From the NCBI GenBank assembly GCA_964425075.1, contig CAYRKM010000001.1, positions 459,060 to 523,059 on the forward strand: a stretch of DNA of 64,000 nt. Direction: 5' to 3'. The position numbers were made by a program, and so were the translations under genes. Of the stretch, positions 18,750 to 28,618 are shown piece after piece. The stretch comes from an uncultured Gammaproteobacteria bacterium (GTDB lineage: Bacteria; Patescibacteriota; Microgenomatia; Levybacterales; GWA1-39-11). The notes below the pieces were generated by a model, which saw only the letters and a list, made by a program, of their open reading frames with translations, had not been told where the DNA came from and searched no databases. Position 1 is the first letter of the stretch. Each line of letters begins with the position of its first letter.

Positions 18750-19127
18750 ATGGCAAAAACTAATACAGACAATCGCGGAAAAATAATAATCATAGTTGGC
18801 TTATTACTTGCATTTGTTACCGGTTTTGTTGTTGCACGCACAAAATACAAACCACAAATTTTAGAATTAAATAAAATGATTACTGAAAAGGACCAGGCTC
18901 TTAGCCGTTTGAAAGCAGATTCAAATAAAGTCATGATGAAAGATGATACTGTTTGGGTTGTAGAAAACGGAATAGTGAGGGAAATGGATGAGTCAGTCGT
19001 ATTTACAAATGGAGATAAAGTAATGCCAGATGGTAAGGTAATGAAAAAAGATGGAACTGAAAGCATGATGATGAATGGGGATGCAATTGATATGGATGGG
19101 AATGAAATAGATGGGGGCGCGTACTAA
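18750..19127 (+). CDS. Membrane-anchored protein with Met-rich beta-hairpin repeats (DUF6799-like)
   Basis: TM, coiled coil, NG.KVMPDG.VMKKDG...GDAIDMDG. Confidence 0.7.
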   Translation: MAKTNTDNRGKIIIIVGLLLAFVTGFVVARTKYKPQILELNKMITEKDQALSRLKADSNKVMMKDDTVWVVENGIVREMDESVVFTNGDKVMPDGKVMKKDGTESMMMNGDAIDMDGNEIDGGAY

Positions 19128-19215
19128 TTTTTCAGGACATTCTATTTTTCATCGTAGGACTTTTTTCTATTGACAAATAATATGATATTGATATGCTTAA
19201 TGCATAGCTTGAATT

Positions 19216-19824
19216 ATGGCAAAGAATAAATCTTCAAAAAATAAAATAATTATTGCAGCAGCAGCTGTTATCCTTCTTGGAATAGTTGCTTTTTTCCTTT
19301 TAAGTAGGAACAAAATGGTTAATTTGAGTCCGTCAGGATCGGATAACGCATTTACTTCAATTCAGGATGCTCTTTCTAAATCAATTAGCCTTGAATGTGA
19401 ATTTACAGATGAAAGTGGGCGAATTACTAAGTCGTACATTAAAAATGGCGCAGTTAGGGCAGATTTTACCTCTCAAAATGCTGAAGAGTCTGGAAGCGTT
19501 ATTATGAAAGACAAAAAAATGTACTTTTGGAATTCCAAAGGGGGATACACAATGGAGCTACCGGATGATGTAAAAACAGATACTACTACGGGCGAAACTG
19601 AGTCTCAAGGATCTGATATTTTGAAGGCAATGGAGGAATTTAAGGATAAATGTAAACCTGCAGTTGTTTCAGATAGTCTCTTTACACCCCCAACAGACGT
19701 TACTTTTACTGATATGTCAAAGTTAATACCTACTGGGGCTTCACAAAACGGTTCACAAACACCTCAAATGAGTCAGGAAGAGATACAAAAATACATGCAG
19801 CAATATCAGGACACCGCTCAGTAG
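19216..19824 (+). CDS. Membrane-anchored exported protein
   Basis: N-terminal TM; SLECEF..YIKNG.VR..CKPAVVSDSLF.PP. Confidence 0.75.
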   Translation: MAKNKSSKNKIIIAAAAVILLGIVAFFLLSRNKMVNLSPSGSDNAFTSIQDALSKSISLECEFTDESGRITKSYIKNGAVRADFTSQNAEESGSVIMKDKKMYFWNSKGGYTMELPDDVKTDTTTGETESQGSDILKAMEEFKDKCKPAVVSDSLFTPPTDVTFTDMSKLIPTGASQNGSQTPQMSQEEIQKYMQQYQDTAQ

Positions 19825-19861
19825 TAATTGTCTATTCCTCAATTTGTGTTAGAATTCTCCT

Positions 19862-20299
19862 ATGGCAGGCAGAAAAAAGAAGTTGTCCTTCGCATTCTCC
19901 TATAAAAAGTCAATTCCGATTTTAAAATCAGTAATGCGTAAAATCCCCTTGGTTATATGGGGAGGGTTTGCCGTTTTTGGGATTTTTGTATTTGGATTGT
20001 TTGTAGCTTTTGCGGTAGAGGATGTACCCAAAGATGATTTAGCTTCAAAATTATCGGACAATAAAAGCGAACAATATCTCGATGTAATTAATTCGTATCA
20101 AGAGATATCGCGATTATATTATTATCAGCAGCAAGATATTGATATTATTGCAGATTATAATAACTGGCAGGATAATCCTGAGGAACTGTATGAGGCTCTA
20201 AGTAGCTACAAGCAAAAAAAGGATGAGATTTTGTTTCAGTTGGGAAGAATTTATGAATTAAGAAAAAAAGCAGGACTTAGTGCTTCAGAAATTCAATAA
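19862..20299 (+). CDS. Hypothetical single-TM protein
   Basis: 145-aa ORF behind TGtTAGAAT. Confidence 0.65.
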   Translation: MAGRKKKLSFAFSYKKSIPILKSVMRKIPLVIWGGFAVFGIFVFGLFVAFAVEDVPKDDLASKLSDNKSEQYLDVINSYQEISRLYYYQQQDIDIIADYNNWQDNPEELYEALSSYKQKKDEILFQLGRIYELRKKAGLSASEIQ

Positions 20300-20752
20300 T
20301 CAAAAAACTTCAACTCGTGTTCCGACCCCAGACCAATTATAAAGCCATTCTGCATCATTAAGTGCCAGGTTTACACAGCCGTGTGAGGCTCGGTAGCCAA
20401 ATTTATTATGCCAATATGTTCCATGAATTGCATATGCTCCATAAAAATACATAACATTGGGAACATTTTTTATATAGTACGGTTCATATGGAGGATAACT
20501 TCCCTTCATGTCTTGAAGGGAAACCTTGCGCCTAATTTTAAAGCTTCCCTTAACGGTTGGTGTGTATCTCATACCGGTCGAAACTAAGAATTCTTTTTGA
20601 ATTTGACCTCCTTCCCAAGCGTAGAGACGTTGTTTGGTAGTATCAACCGTTATTAATTTATCAGCAGTTATGATACCCTCAGCGTAAGATTGAGCTGGAA
20701 AAAGAAGAAATATTGAAAGAATTATAATTGTAAGAAGTTTTTTCATGTTCAT
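20300..20752 (-). CDS. L,D-transpeptidase (YkuD family)
   Basis: VSTG, TP.G.F, AIHG, SHGCVN; signal peptide. Confidence 0.9.
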   Translation of the reverse strand: MNMKKLLTIIILSIFLLFPAQSYAEGIITADKLITVDTTKQRLYAWEGGQIQKEFLVSTGMRYTPTVKGSFKIRRKVSLQDMKGSYPPYEPYYIKNVPNVMYFYGAYAIHGTYWHNKFGYRASHGCVNLALNDAEWLYNWSGVGTRVEVF

Positions 20753-20846
20753 ATATTTAGTATAGCAAAATATTTAACTTTGAGCGTAAAATTTGCAATG
20801 CAAAAGCTTTCTAAGGTAAAATGTAAAGTCAGATAGTCTGGCAGTG

Positions 20847-21383
20847 ATGAATTTTTCAAACTATTCCATTAAGAAAGTTTTTTGGATATTGGGTGAGAGA
20901 ACAGCAATTCTAGCGGTTGTTGTTTTTTACCTTCTCGTACTTTCATTTCAAGGCTCAAAAAATGCTTATTCAAAAGAGGAGGAGCAATTTCTTCGTCAAA
21001 CACCAGTATATTCCTCAGCAGAAGAAACGAAAAATGATACTTTATCATCAGACATAACTACTCCAATTGAGATTTTCCTCGAAACAGAAAAAATTACCCC
21101 AACCCCTACTCCACTGGTAACACCTACTCCAATTTCAGCTTCGACAAGTAATGATGTATGGGAAAAATTGGCGTCTTGTGAATCAAAAGGGAATTGGAGT
21201 ATAGATACAGGAAATGGTTATTTTGGTGGACTTCAATTCTCACAAGGCGCATGGAATTCTGTAGGAGGAGAGGGTAAACCATCAGATTCCTCAAAAGATG
21301 AGCAAATAAAACGAGGGAAAATGCTTCAAGAAAAACGTGGTTGGGGTGTGTGGGGAGAATGTGCTAAAAAACTCGGTTTATAA
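20847..21383 (+). CDS. Resuscitation-promoting factor-like transglycosylase
   Basis: WEKLASCESKGNW, GNGYFGGLQF, W...GG, EQI, WGEC. Confidence 0.88.
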   Translation: MNFSNYSIKKVFWILGERTAILAVVVFYLLVLSFQGSKNAYSKEEEQFLRQTPVYSSAEETKNDTLSSDITTPIEIFLETEKITPTPTPLVTPTPISASTSNDVWEKLASCESKGNWSIDTGNGYFGGLQFSQGAWNSVGGEGKPSDSSKDEQIKRGKMLQEKRGWGVWGECAKKLGL

Positions 21384-21463
21384 TTTTATAATTTCAAACT
21401 TGTTTTAGGATGAAATCCGCAAACTTGTTTTATAATTGAACAATTTCAAACTTGTTTATAATA

Positions 21464-21763
21464 CTACTTTAATGTAGGTTTCTTTGTCACAAATCCTCTA
21501 TTTGTACCTTGGTTAGTGCCATTTGCCGCTTTATTTTTTGCATACGCTTCATTTTTTGATTTCAATTCTTCTTTTTTGCGTCTTTCCTCTTTCATTTTTT
21601 TGTCAAAGGCATCCTGACATTCTTGATTAGTGCACGCAATTTGTGAAAAGGTAAGCTTTGATGTGCCACCATCAAAAGTCTTTAGGGTTTCAACCCAAGT
21701 TTTAGTAATTTTTTGCGGATTTCCGCATCGTGGACAGAGATCTGTTGTAGTAGCTTTCTTCAT
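21464..21763 (-). CDS. Small Cys-containing (Zn ribbon-like) basic protein
   Basis: CPRCG...CTNQEC then Lys-rich helix. Confidence 0.65.
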   Translation of the reverse strand: MKKATTTDLCPRCGNPQKITKTWVETLKTFDGGTSKLTFSQIACTNQECQDAFDKKMKEERRKKEELKSKNEAYAKNKAANGTNQGTNRGFVTKKPTLK

Positions 21764-21866
21764 GGGTAGGTTACCGTTTGGAGTAAAATTATTGGGAGCT
21801 CAATACTCAAACTTAAGTTATTATAGCACAAATGAGGTTAAAATGGAAGGATTTGAGGTGAATAGC

Positions 21867-22907
21867 TTAGGAATCCTTCTCAAGTAATTTTATAAGTGCA
21901 TATTCTTCCCAAGTTAATCCTTTTTTGGCAGATTTCTTTCCATCCAACATCGAAAAGTGTGGAATAAGGATCTTTTTAGAATAGGAATTAAAAACTGTAG
22001 GGTGAATATAATAACTTCTACAAACAGCAACGGTATTTCCAAGATGCTCAGAAACTGTCTTGCAGGTTTCCGTTAAGATTTTTTTCAATTGAGTCTTATT
22101 TTCAAAAGGACCCGTATGATAAAGGTGAACTGAGGCAATATTGGTTCCACCCCAAGTTCTAAAGTCTTTTGCAGTAAAATCATCATCTGCGATTTCCTTA
22201 AGGAAATCATTTACGTCGCTTGAATCAACTACATGACGCTCACCCTTATCGTCTACATATTGGAATAATTCAAATCCGGGAAGCTCAATGCATTTTTTTA
22301 TGGTTCTAGCAATTATTGGGTGAGAAATTTCAAGTTCATGATCTACTCCGCTTTTACCTCGAAAAGAAAATTTTACATCACTTCCTCTCACCTTAACATG
22401 CCGATTGCGTAGTGTTGTTAGGCCAAATGAATTGTTTTCCTTTGAATATTCTTCGTTACCAATTCGAATAAAAGTGTGTTCAAGAAGCCAGACAATGGTT
22501 GATAAAATTTTCCTTTTATCCATACCTGACAGTTTCATATTGTATCTAACTCTATTTCTAATATTTGGTAGTGCCTCACCAAAATCTATCATTTTGGAGA
22601 ATTTATTTTCCTGAGAAGTTTTTATCCAATCTGGGTGATAAATATATTGCTTGCGCCCCTTTTCATCTATTCCGGTTGCTTGAATATGCCCATTTTTTTT
22701 AGGGGAAATCCATACTTTTTCCCATGCAGGAGGAATTACAAGTGACTTTATCCGTTCGAGTTTTTCCGCATCTTTTATCCTTTCACCTTTTGTGTTGTAG
22801 TAATAAAATGAGTTTCTGACTTTTTGCCTGAACCAGCCTGGTGAAGTGTCGGTAACATAGACAAGTCCTTCTTCCTCAACTTTTTCCTGAACTTCTGATA
22901 AATTCAT
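21867..22907 (-). CDS. DNA topoisomerase IB (poxvirus-like bacterial type)
   Basis: IPPAW, GRKQYIYH, RIGN, FRGKSG, KDFRTW, LGNT..VCRSYYIHP. Confidence 0.92.
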   Translation of the reverse strand: MNLSEVQEKVEEEGLVYVTDTSPGWFRQKVRNSFYYYNTKGERIKDAEKLERIKSLVIPPAWEKVWISPKKNGHIQATGIDEKGRKQYIYHPDWIKTSQENKFSKMIDFGEALPNIRNRVRYNMKLSGMDKRKILSTIVWLLEHTFIRIGNEEYSKENNSFGLTTLRNRHVKVRGSDVKFSFRGKSGVDHELEISHPIIARTIKKCIELPGFELFQYVDDKGERHVVDSSDVNDFLKEIADDDFTAKDFRTWGGTNIASVHLYHTGPFENKTQLKKILTETCKTVSEHLGNTVAVCRSYYIHPTVFNSYSKKILIPHFSMLDGKKSAKKGLTWEEYALIKLLEKDS

Positions 22908-22955
22908 GTGGATTTAGCGTACATCAAATTAAAATTGGGTACAAGGTTTGAAAGA

Positions 22956-23297
22956 TTAACTTGAGTTTTTGTGTTTTTTGCCCCAGGATTCCATATCAAG
23001 AAGAATTGGGATCAAAGTTTTGCCATGTTTGGTAATAGAGTATTCAACCTTTGGTGGTATGACAGGATAAACTTTTCTTGTAATAACCCTATCGTTTTCA
23101 AGCTCCCGTAATTGCTGAGTAAGCATTTTTTGGGTAATTCCTTCAATTTGATGGTTAAGCTCTGAAAATCTCATAACTTTATTTTTTTGCAATAAATAAA
23201 GAATGAGAGGTTTCCATTTGCCACCCATAACATCCAACGTCACTTTGATTGTTGAGCATTCAAGACTGTATTTTTGTGTTTTTAAAATATTATTCAT
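22956..23297 (-). CDS. HxlR-family winged-helix regulator
   Basis: C..K.TL..GGKWK, RFSEL, ITQKMLTQQLRELE, PPKVEY. Confidence 0.92.
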   Translation of the reverse strand: MNNILKTQKYSLECSTIKVTLDVMGGKWKPLILYLLQKNKVMRFSELNHQIEGITQKMLTQQLRELENDRVITRKVYPVIPPKVEYSITKHGKTLIPILLDMESWGKKHKNSS

Positions 23298-23299
23298 AG

Positions 23300-23338
23300 T
23301 TACTTTACAGTAAGTACTATACTTTATAGTATGTACTT
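23300..23338. promoter_or_regulatory. Palindromic operator candidates in divergent HxlR/LUD promoter
   Basis: ttact-ttac-agtaa and aagtac..atact..agtat..gtactt inverted repeats. Confidence 0.45.
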
Positions 23339-23375
23339 GTACTAAATAAACTTAGTATGTATAGTATACCATATT

Positions 23376-23981
23376 ATGGATTATACAAAGCTTGCAACTG
23401 ACCAAAGTTTGGAAAAAACCAAAACTTCCCTTGAGGCAAATGGTTTCAAAGTTTTGATAGCAAAAGACAAGAAAGAGGTTCGAGAACTTGTTTTAAGCCT
23501 TATTCCTGAAGGCTCAAGTATTATGGACAATACCTCAAAAACGCTTGAGGCAATTGGGATAAAAGACATTATCCAGAATTCAGGAAAATATAACTCAATT
23601 CATAAAAAAGTACTTTCAATGTATAGAGAAATTGAAGGCAAGCGTATAAAAGAGCTTAGAAGCGTTATGGATTTTGTAATAGGAAGTTTTCATGCAGTAA
23701 CTGAGGACGGGCATATCATGATGGCTTCAGGATCCGGGAGCCAAATCCCGGGATACGCATATGGGGCAAGTAATGTTATTTTTATTGCCGGAACTCACAA
23801 AATTGTTAAAGATATTGAATCTGGAATGAAGAGAATTTATCAGCATTCTCAGCCTCTTGAAAATGAGCGCATGTTGGAGCTTCATGGCGTACCAAGCAAT
23901 CCAAGAAGGATACTTATAATTAATTCAGAATCCGCACCCCGCACTACAGTTATCTTCGTTAAGGAAGCACTAGGCTTCTAG
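23376..23981 (+). CDS. LUD (LutC/DUF162-like) domain protein
   Basis: L..NGF, S.TL..IG, S.HAVTEDG, SGSGSQ, G..KIV. Confidence 0.8.
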   Translation: MDYTKLATDQSLEKTKTSLEANGFKVLIAKDKKEVRELVLSLIPEGSSIMDNTSKTLEAIGIKDIIQNSGKYNSIHKKVLSMYREIEGKRIKELRSVMDFVIGSFHAVTEDGHIMMASGSGSQIPGYAYGASNVIFIAGTHKIVKDIESGMKRIYQHSQPLENERMLELHGVPSNPRRILIINSESAPRTTVIFVKEALGF

Positions 23982-24061
23982 GGTTTTAAGAATTTCCTCA
24001 TTGCGCTTAAACAACTTCGATAATATAGCTTAGCTCAGCAGTTTGTGTTAAAATTCGCCTC

Positions 24062-24376
24062 ATGGTAACAAAACTTGAAGTGTCACCTGAAGGAAAAGAT
24101 AGATGGATAGGATTTGGAGAAGTTGCGCCTGATAATGATGATTTTATTGAAGACCGTTCTGCTGGTAGTCCGAGACTTATTATTTTTAGTTGTGCAGAAG
24201 AGAATCATCAAAGCTCAATTTCTCAGGTACCTATTGGGCCCCACGGAATTATTGATATGCGTAAAGAGCAAGTATTAATGCCAGATCTTAAAAGTGGGGA
24301 TTCGCCCTTTGAAGTAAATGGAGTTAAACTGGAACAATTCCCCTTCTTAGTCAATTTAAGAGCAACCCACATTTAA
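24062..24376 (+). CDS. Hypothetical protein
   Basis: 104-aa ORF 7 nt behind TGtTAAAAT. Confidence 0.6.
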   Translation: MVTKLEVSPEGKDRWIGFGEVAPDNDDFIEDRSAGSPRLIIFSCAEENHQSSISQVPIGPHGIIDMRKEQVLMPDLKSGDSPFEVNGVKLEQFPFLVNLRATHI

Positions 24377-24436
24377 TTTCAGCCTCAAAAACCCATATAA
24401 TTAAGTGAAGCTTTTGTGTTATTATTGTATAACCTC

Positions 24437-25270
24437 ATGAAGACTTACTACCTCAATAATGGATTTGCTTTATATCATGGTGACTCTATTTCAGTAATGA
24501 ATAATTTCCCCGAAAACCATTTTGATATGGTTTTTGCTGATCCTCCTTACAATCTTTCAAATGGTGGTTTCACCGTGCATGCCGGAAAAAGAGTAAGCGT
24601 CAATAAGGGTGAGTGGGATGAAAGTAAGGGTTTTGAGTTTGATTTAAACTTTCATCTTGCCTGGATAGAGGCTGTAAGGAGAATTTTAAAACCTCATGGT
24701 ACTCTTTGGATTTCTGGGACTTATCATTCTATATATCAATGCGGATATGCTCTTCAGAAACTTGGATACCATGTTTTAAATGATATTTCATGGTTCAAAC
24801 CAAATGCTTCCCCCAATCTTTCAGGAAGATATTTCACAGCAAGCCACGAGTCTCTTATCTGGGCGAGAAAAGATAAAAAATCCAAACACACTTTCAACTA
24901 CCAAGAAATGAAAAATGGTGCGTGGCATTTGAATGATTTTATAAAACGTGAAGGAAAGCAAATGCGCTCCGTTTGGTCAATAGGGACTCCAAGGGCCGAA
25001 GAGAAAAAATTTGGCAAGCACCCAACCCAAAAGCCCATTAGCCTTCTCGATCGAATAATTATTGCTAGTACAAATGTCGGAGACGTTATACTAGATCCTT
25101 TTACCGGAAGTTCAACAACTGGAATTTCAGCAGTAAAGCATGGAAGAAAGTTTATAGGAATTGATACGGAGGAAGAATATCTAAAACTTTCGATAAAAAG
25201 ATTTGAGGATATGAAAATTACAAAGAATATATTAGAATACAAAAAAAGTGCACCTATAGCGCACGAATAG
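24437..25270 (+). CDS. Beta-class amino (N6A/N4C) DNA methyltransferase, DpnA-like
   Basis: DPPY near N-terminus, HPTQKP, DPFTGSSTTG near C-terminus. Confidence 0.9.
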   Translation: MKTYYLNNGFALYHGDSISVMNNFPENHFDMVFADPPYNLSNGGFTVHAGKRVSVNKGEWDESKGFEFDLNFHLAWIEAVRRILKPHGTLWISGTYHSIYQCGYALQKLGYHVLNDISWFKPNASPNLSGRYFTASHESLIWARKDKKSKHTFNYQEMKNGAWHLNDFIKREGKQMRSVWSIGTPRAEEKKFGKHPTQKPISLLDRIIIASTNVGDVILDPFTGSSTTGISAVKHGRKFIGIDTEEEYLKLSIKRFEDMKITKNILEYKKSAPIAHE

Positions 25271-25279
25271 AATTTATTT

Positions 25280-25807
25280 ATGATTACTAAAGGAAAAGGC
25301 GGGGGAAACACTCAAACAGGGCTACGGTTTGAGAAGCGTGTGAGTATTTTAACATTGCTAGCAAGCACAAAGGGATATAGGGTTGATGGAAATACTATTT
25401 ATTATAATAGCGAGGAAGTAGCTAGAAGTTATGCAAAGAATTCCCTTTATGCCTTTTTGTCTTCAAAAGGCGTTGATTACTCAAAAATAATTTCCAAAAA
25501 GTTACTTCCTGATGAAGCAATTTATGTCATTGTAAACAATACGCTTTTTGTTATCGAAATGAAATTCCAGGAAGTTGCAGGCTCTGTGGATGAGAAACTT
25601 CAAACTTGTGATTTCAAGAAAAAACAATATCAAAAGCTTATGGCTCCTTTAAATATAAACGTACATTATATTTACATTTTGAGTCGATGGTTTGAGAAAC
25701 CTGAGTACAAAGATGTCTTGGATTATGTAGTATCATCAGGGTGTCAATATTACTTTGAGTATCTACCACTTTACCAGATAGGCCTTCCAGTTCCAGAGGA
25801 ATTATAA
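25280..25807 (+). CDS. PD-(D/E)XK nuclease, putative type II restriction endonuclease
   Basis: LLPDE...IEMKFQ..GSVDEK; directly downstream of MTase. Confidence 0.7.
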   Translation: MITKGKGGGNTQTGLRFEKRVSILTLLASTKGYRVDGNTIYYNSEEVARSYAKNSLYAFLSSKGVDYSKIISKKLLPDEAIYVIVNNTLFVIEMKFQEVAGSVDEKLQTCDFKKKQYQKLMAPLNINVHYIYILSRWFEKPEYKDVLDYVVSSGCQYYFEYLPLYQIGLPVPEEL

Positions 25808-25952
25808 TTTAGTGATTTCCGCTAGATATTGAAATTAATAATTTTAGTTCGAATAGTCCAAAATACTTTTTATTAATCTTACAAAATTATTACTTCAATA
25901 AAAGGCTGAATAATGTCTTGTTTCAATAATTCTTTTTTGATATATTCTTGCA

Positions 25953-26174
25953 ATGGAATTAAATCCAAACATGCATGGTGGCTTTGAAGAACATGTCGGC
26001 CCTACTTCTGATTCTTCAAGGCTGTATCCGGGTGTACCATTTAGATTGATGTGTGAAGTCCGTCGTGTGGTAGAAACAACAGAACTAGAAGCCACGAGAC
26101 TTTATCGTGAGCCATTTGGATCTGGTCCAAATTTTGGTTTTGACTTAACTTTTCATACTCAAGTAGAAAGCTGA
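25953..26174 (+). CDS. Short hypothetical protein
   Basis: 73-aa ORF only; no motif. Confidence 0.3.
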   Translation: MELNPNMHGGFEEHVGPTSDSSRLYPGVPFRLMCEVRRVVETTELEATRLYREPFGSGPNFGFDLTFHTQVES

Positions 26175-26253
26175 ATGCTTGACTCTATTTAACCCCAGTA
26201 GTACACTGTCTTTCCCCGAAGATAGTAATAAATTGCGTTAACGGGGCAGGCCC

Positions 26254-27405
26254 ATGAATACTATTATTTGCCGTCACTGCGGAAAAGAAATTGAAATCAC
26301 AGAAGCACTCTTGCATCAAGTTAAATCAGAAGTTGAAAAATCTGTGCTAGAAAAACACAATAAGGATTTAGAAAAGGTAAGACTTGAGGCAATAGAGAAT
26401 GCAAAAAGGGAAATTGATGAAAAACAAAGCCTAGAACTCTCCGATCTTAAGAAACAGCTTTTGGAAAAAGAAGAAAAAGTCAAAGAATTTCGAGAACAGG
26501 AACTAAAACTTCGTGAGGAAAAAAGAACAATTGAGGAAGAGAAAAAGCAGATGCAAATAGATATTCAGAGAAAATTGGACGAAGAGCGCAAGGGAATGGA
26601 AGAAAAAATTGCAAAAGAAGAGGAAGAGCGTTATCGAATGAAGGAAAAGGAGAAGGATATGATGATCGAGAATCTTCGAAAGTCATTGGATGAGGCCAAT
26701 AGGAAAGCATCGGGCGTAAGCCAGCAAGTACAGGGTGAAGTTCTGGAGATTGACCTAGAGGAGCAGCTCTTAAAGGCATTTCCTACAGACATAATTGAAC
26801 CAATTGCTAAAGGTGTAAAAGGGGGAGATATTTTGCAGACAGTTAGAAATTCTCAGGGAAAAGTTGCAGGATTGATTCTTTGGGAAACAAAGAGAGCAAA
26901 GTGGACTCCCTCCTGGATAGAAAAACTTCGAGAGGACACGAGAAAAGTCGGGGCAACCTCTTCAATCCTTGTCAGTGAAGAGCTTCCTAAAGGAATTAAG
27001 AACTTTGGTTTTTATGAAAGCGTTTTGATTACTTCCTATGTATATGTGCTTTCACTTGCAATACTTGTGAGACGTGGAATTATGCAAACAGCTGCCGCAA
27101 AATATGCAGCTGAAAATAAAGAGGAAAAACTTGAAATGGTATATCAATATCTCCAAAGCGATGCTTTTCGTCATAGAATTGAGGGATATGTTGAAAGCAT
27201 TTCAGGTATGAAGCAGGATTTGGATTATGAAAAAAGGGCAATGGAAAGGATATGGAAAAAAAGGGAAATGCAGATCTTAAAGGCTGAGAGTAGTTTGTCA
27301 AAATTGTCAGGAGAACTGGAAGGTCTTATGGGTGATTCATTTCCTACAATAAAAAATCTTTCTTTAGGTGATGGTAATGATGATGAAGAAATACCTTTGA
27401 ATTAA
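26254..27405 (+). CDS. DUF2130 family coiled-coil protein
   Basis: CxHC, long coiled coil, SQQVQGEVLE, KGGD, ILWETK. Confidence 0.85.
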   Translation: MNTIICRHCGKEIEITEALLHQVKSEVEKSVLEKHNKDLEKVRLEAIENAKREIDEKQSLELSDLKKQLLEKEEKVKEFREQELKLREEKRTIEEEKKQMQIDIQRKLDEERKGMEEKIAKEEEERYRMKEKEKDMMIENLRKSLDEANRKASGVSQQVQGEVLEIDLEEQLLKAFPTDIIEPIAKGVKGGDILQTVRNSQGKVAGLILWETKRAKWTPSWIEKLREDTRKVGATSSILVSEELPKGIKNFGFYESVLITSYVYVLSLAILVRRGIMQTAAAKYAAENKEEKLEMVYQYLQSDAFRHRIEGYVESISGMKQDLDYEKRAMERIWKKREMQILKAESSLSKLSGELEGLMGDSFPTIKNLSLGDGNDDEEIPLN

Positions 27406-27416
27406 GGTTTTCTCTT

Positions 27417-27582
27417 GTTCTTTTGTCGATACAAAAGAACCAAAAAATCATGCCTATATATCCTTAGAGCAATCAATCCTCTCTCATTCACTGAAAGAAT
27501 CGGCAGTTCGTTTCACTCAGCCTTTACTTCTTTCCTGGCGTTCATTCGTTCGTCTCTCATGCACTGCGAATATAACGGCATG
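27417..27582. repeat. Structured intergenic element, copy B
   Basis: gttcttttgt/acaaaagaac hairpin; core shared with 7985-8176. Confidence 0.7.
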
Positions 27583-27707
27583 TAAATAATAAATAAGAGC
27601 TCTTTGTTTCAAATGTAAAAGAGCAACATCAAAGATATAATTTCAACTGTAAAGATAGAACAACAAATTCCTTTGAAGAATATTTTAATTTGTGATACGG
27701 TATATAT

Positions 27708-28310
27708 ATGAAGCTTGCTGCCAAGCGCCGTCAATATTTTCGCTCTTTCGAAGCAAAATCTCTTCGTTCGCGTTCTTTTCTTACACAATTTGCTGATAAA
27801 CTCACTGAAGTTTGTGGCTCCACTACTTTTCTTATTATCCATATCCTTTGGTTTGGCACATGGATTTTTATTAATACAGGACACTTAAAGCAAATTTCTC
27901 CATTCGATCCTTTTCCATTTGGATTATTAACAATGGTTGTGTCTCTTGAGGCAATATTTTTAGCACTTTTTATTCTTGTTTCTCAGAATCGACAAGCATA
28001 CATTTCAACAATAAGAGACGAAGTTCATATGGGAGTTTCATTAATCTCGGAAGAGGAGATAACTAAAGTTTTGGAGATATTGGCAGAAGTAAGGAAAGAG
28101 GTAGGCATTAAAAAACCAGATCCCGAATTAGATAAGATGCTTGAAAGAATAGACACATCTTATTTAGAAAAAACTATAACAGAGCAACTAAGGCGCGCCA
28201 ACAAACCTCTCGTTGAGCAACTTCTAAAAGAGCTTTCTGAAACAGTTGTAGTGCATCCGGAAGTAGCAATTGGGAACATACACTCCTCAACTCCTGAATC
28301 AAATAAGTAA
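27708..28310 (+). CDS. DUF1003 family membrane protein
   Basis: AD....GS..F...H, FDPFPFGLL, SLEAIFL, SQNR. Confidence 0.88.
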   Translation: MKLAAKRRQYFRSFEAKSLRSRSFLTQFADKLTEVCGSTTFLIIHILWFGTWIFINTGHLKQISPFDPFPFGLLTMVVSLEAIFLALFILVSQNRQAYISTIRDEVHMGVSLISEEEITKVLEILAEVRKEVGIKKPDPELDKMLERIDTSYLEKTITEQLRRANKPLVEQLLKELSETVVVHPEVAIGNIHSSTPESNK

Positions 28311-28328
28311 TTCTGTTAGAATATCCCC

Positions 28329-28535
28329 ATGGATATTTCCTGCAATTTCTCTTTTTGGGACTTATATAAAGCAGCATTCAAAAAAAATCCTTCTAAAAAA
28401 TTAAAAAAAGATTTTCAAAATCTTTCACAGATTGAAATTAATAAGCATGTTTTAATTTGGGCAAAGAAAGCCGGATGGCAAACAGAAGAAAGGATAGGAA
28501 GTGATAAGAAAATCTATCTAGCTTTTTTCCCATAA
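28329..28535 (+). CDS. Small hypothetical protein
   Basis: 68-aa ORF, protein-like composition. Confidence 0.55.
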   Translation: MDISCNFSFWDLYKAAFKKNPSKKLKKDFQNLSQIEINKHVLIWAKKAGWQTEERIGSDKKIYLAFFP

Positions 28536-28618
28536 CTATTTCTTGCAAATGAAATAACTGTGTGATATCTTTGGTAGACCTGCTCAAGAGCAGGTTTTTT
28601 TTGTTAAAAAAAGAGATT

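Noticed and set aside
18172-19066. Antisense/shadow ORFs such as 18172-18657 and 18674-19066 (and others like 5095-5481, 42882-43343, 56453-56914, 61755-62192)
   Set aside because: They overlap well-supported genes on the opposite strand or frame and show no recognisable motifs.
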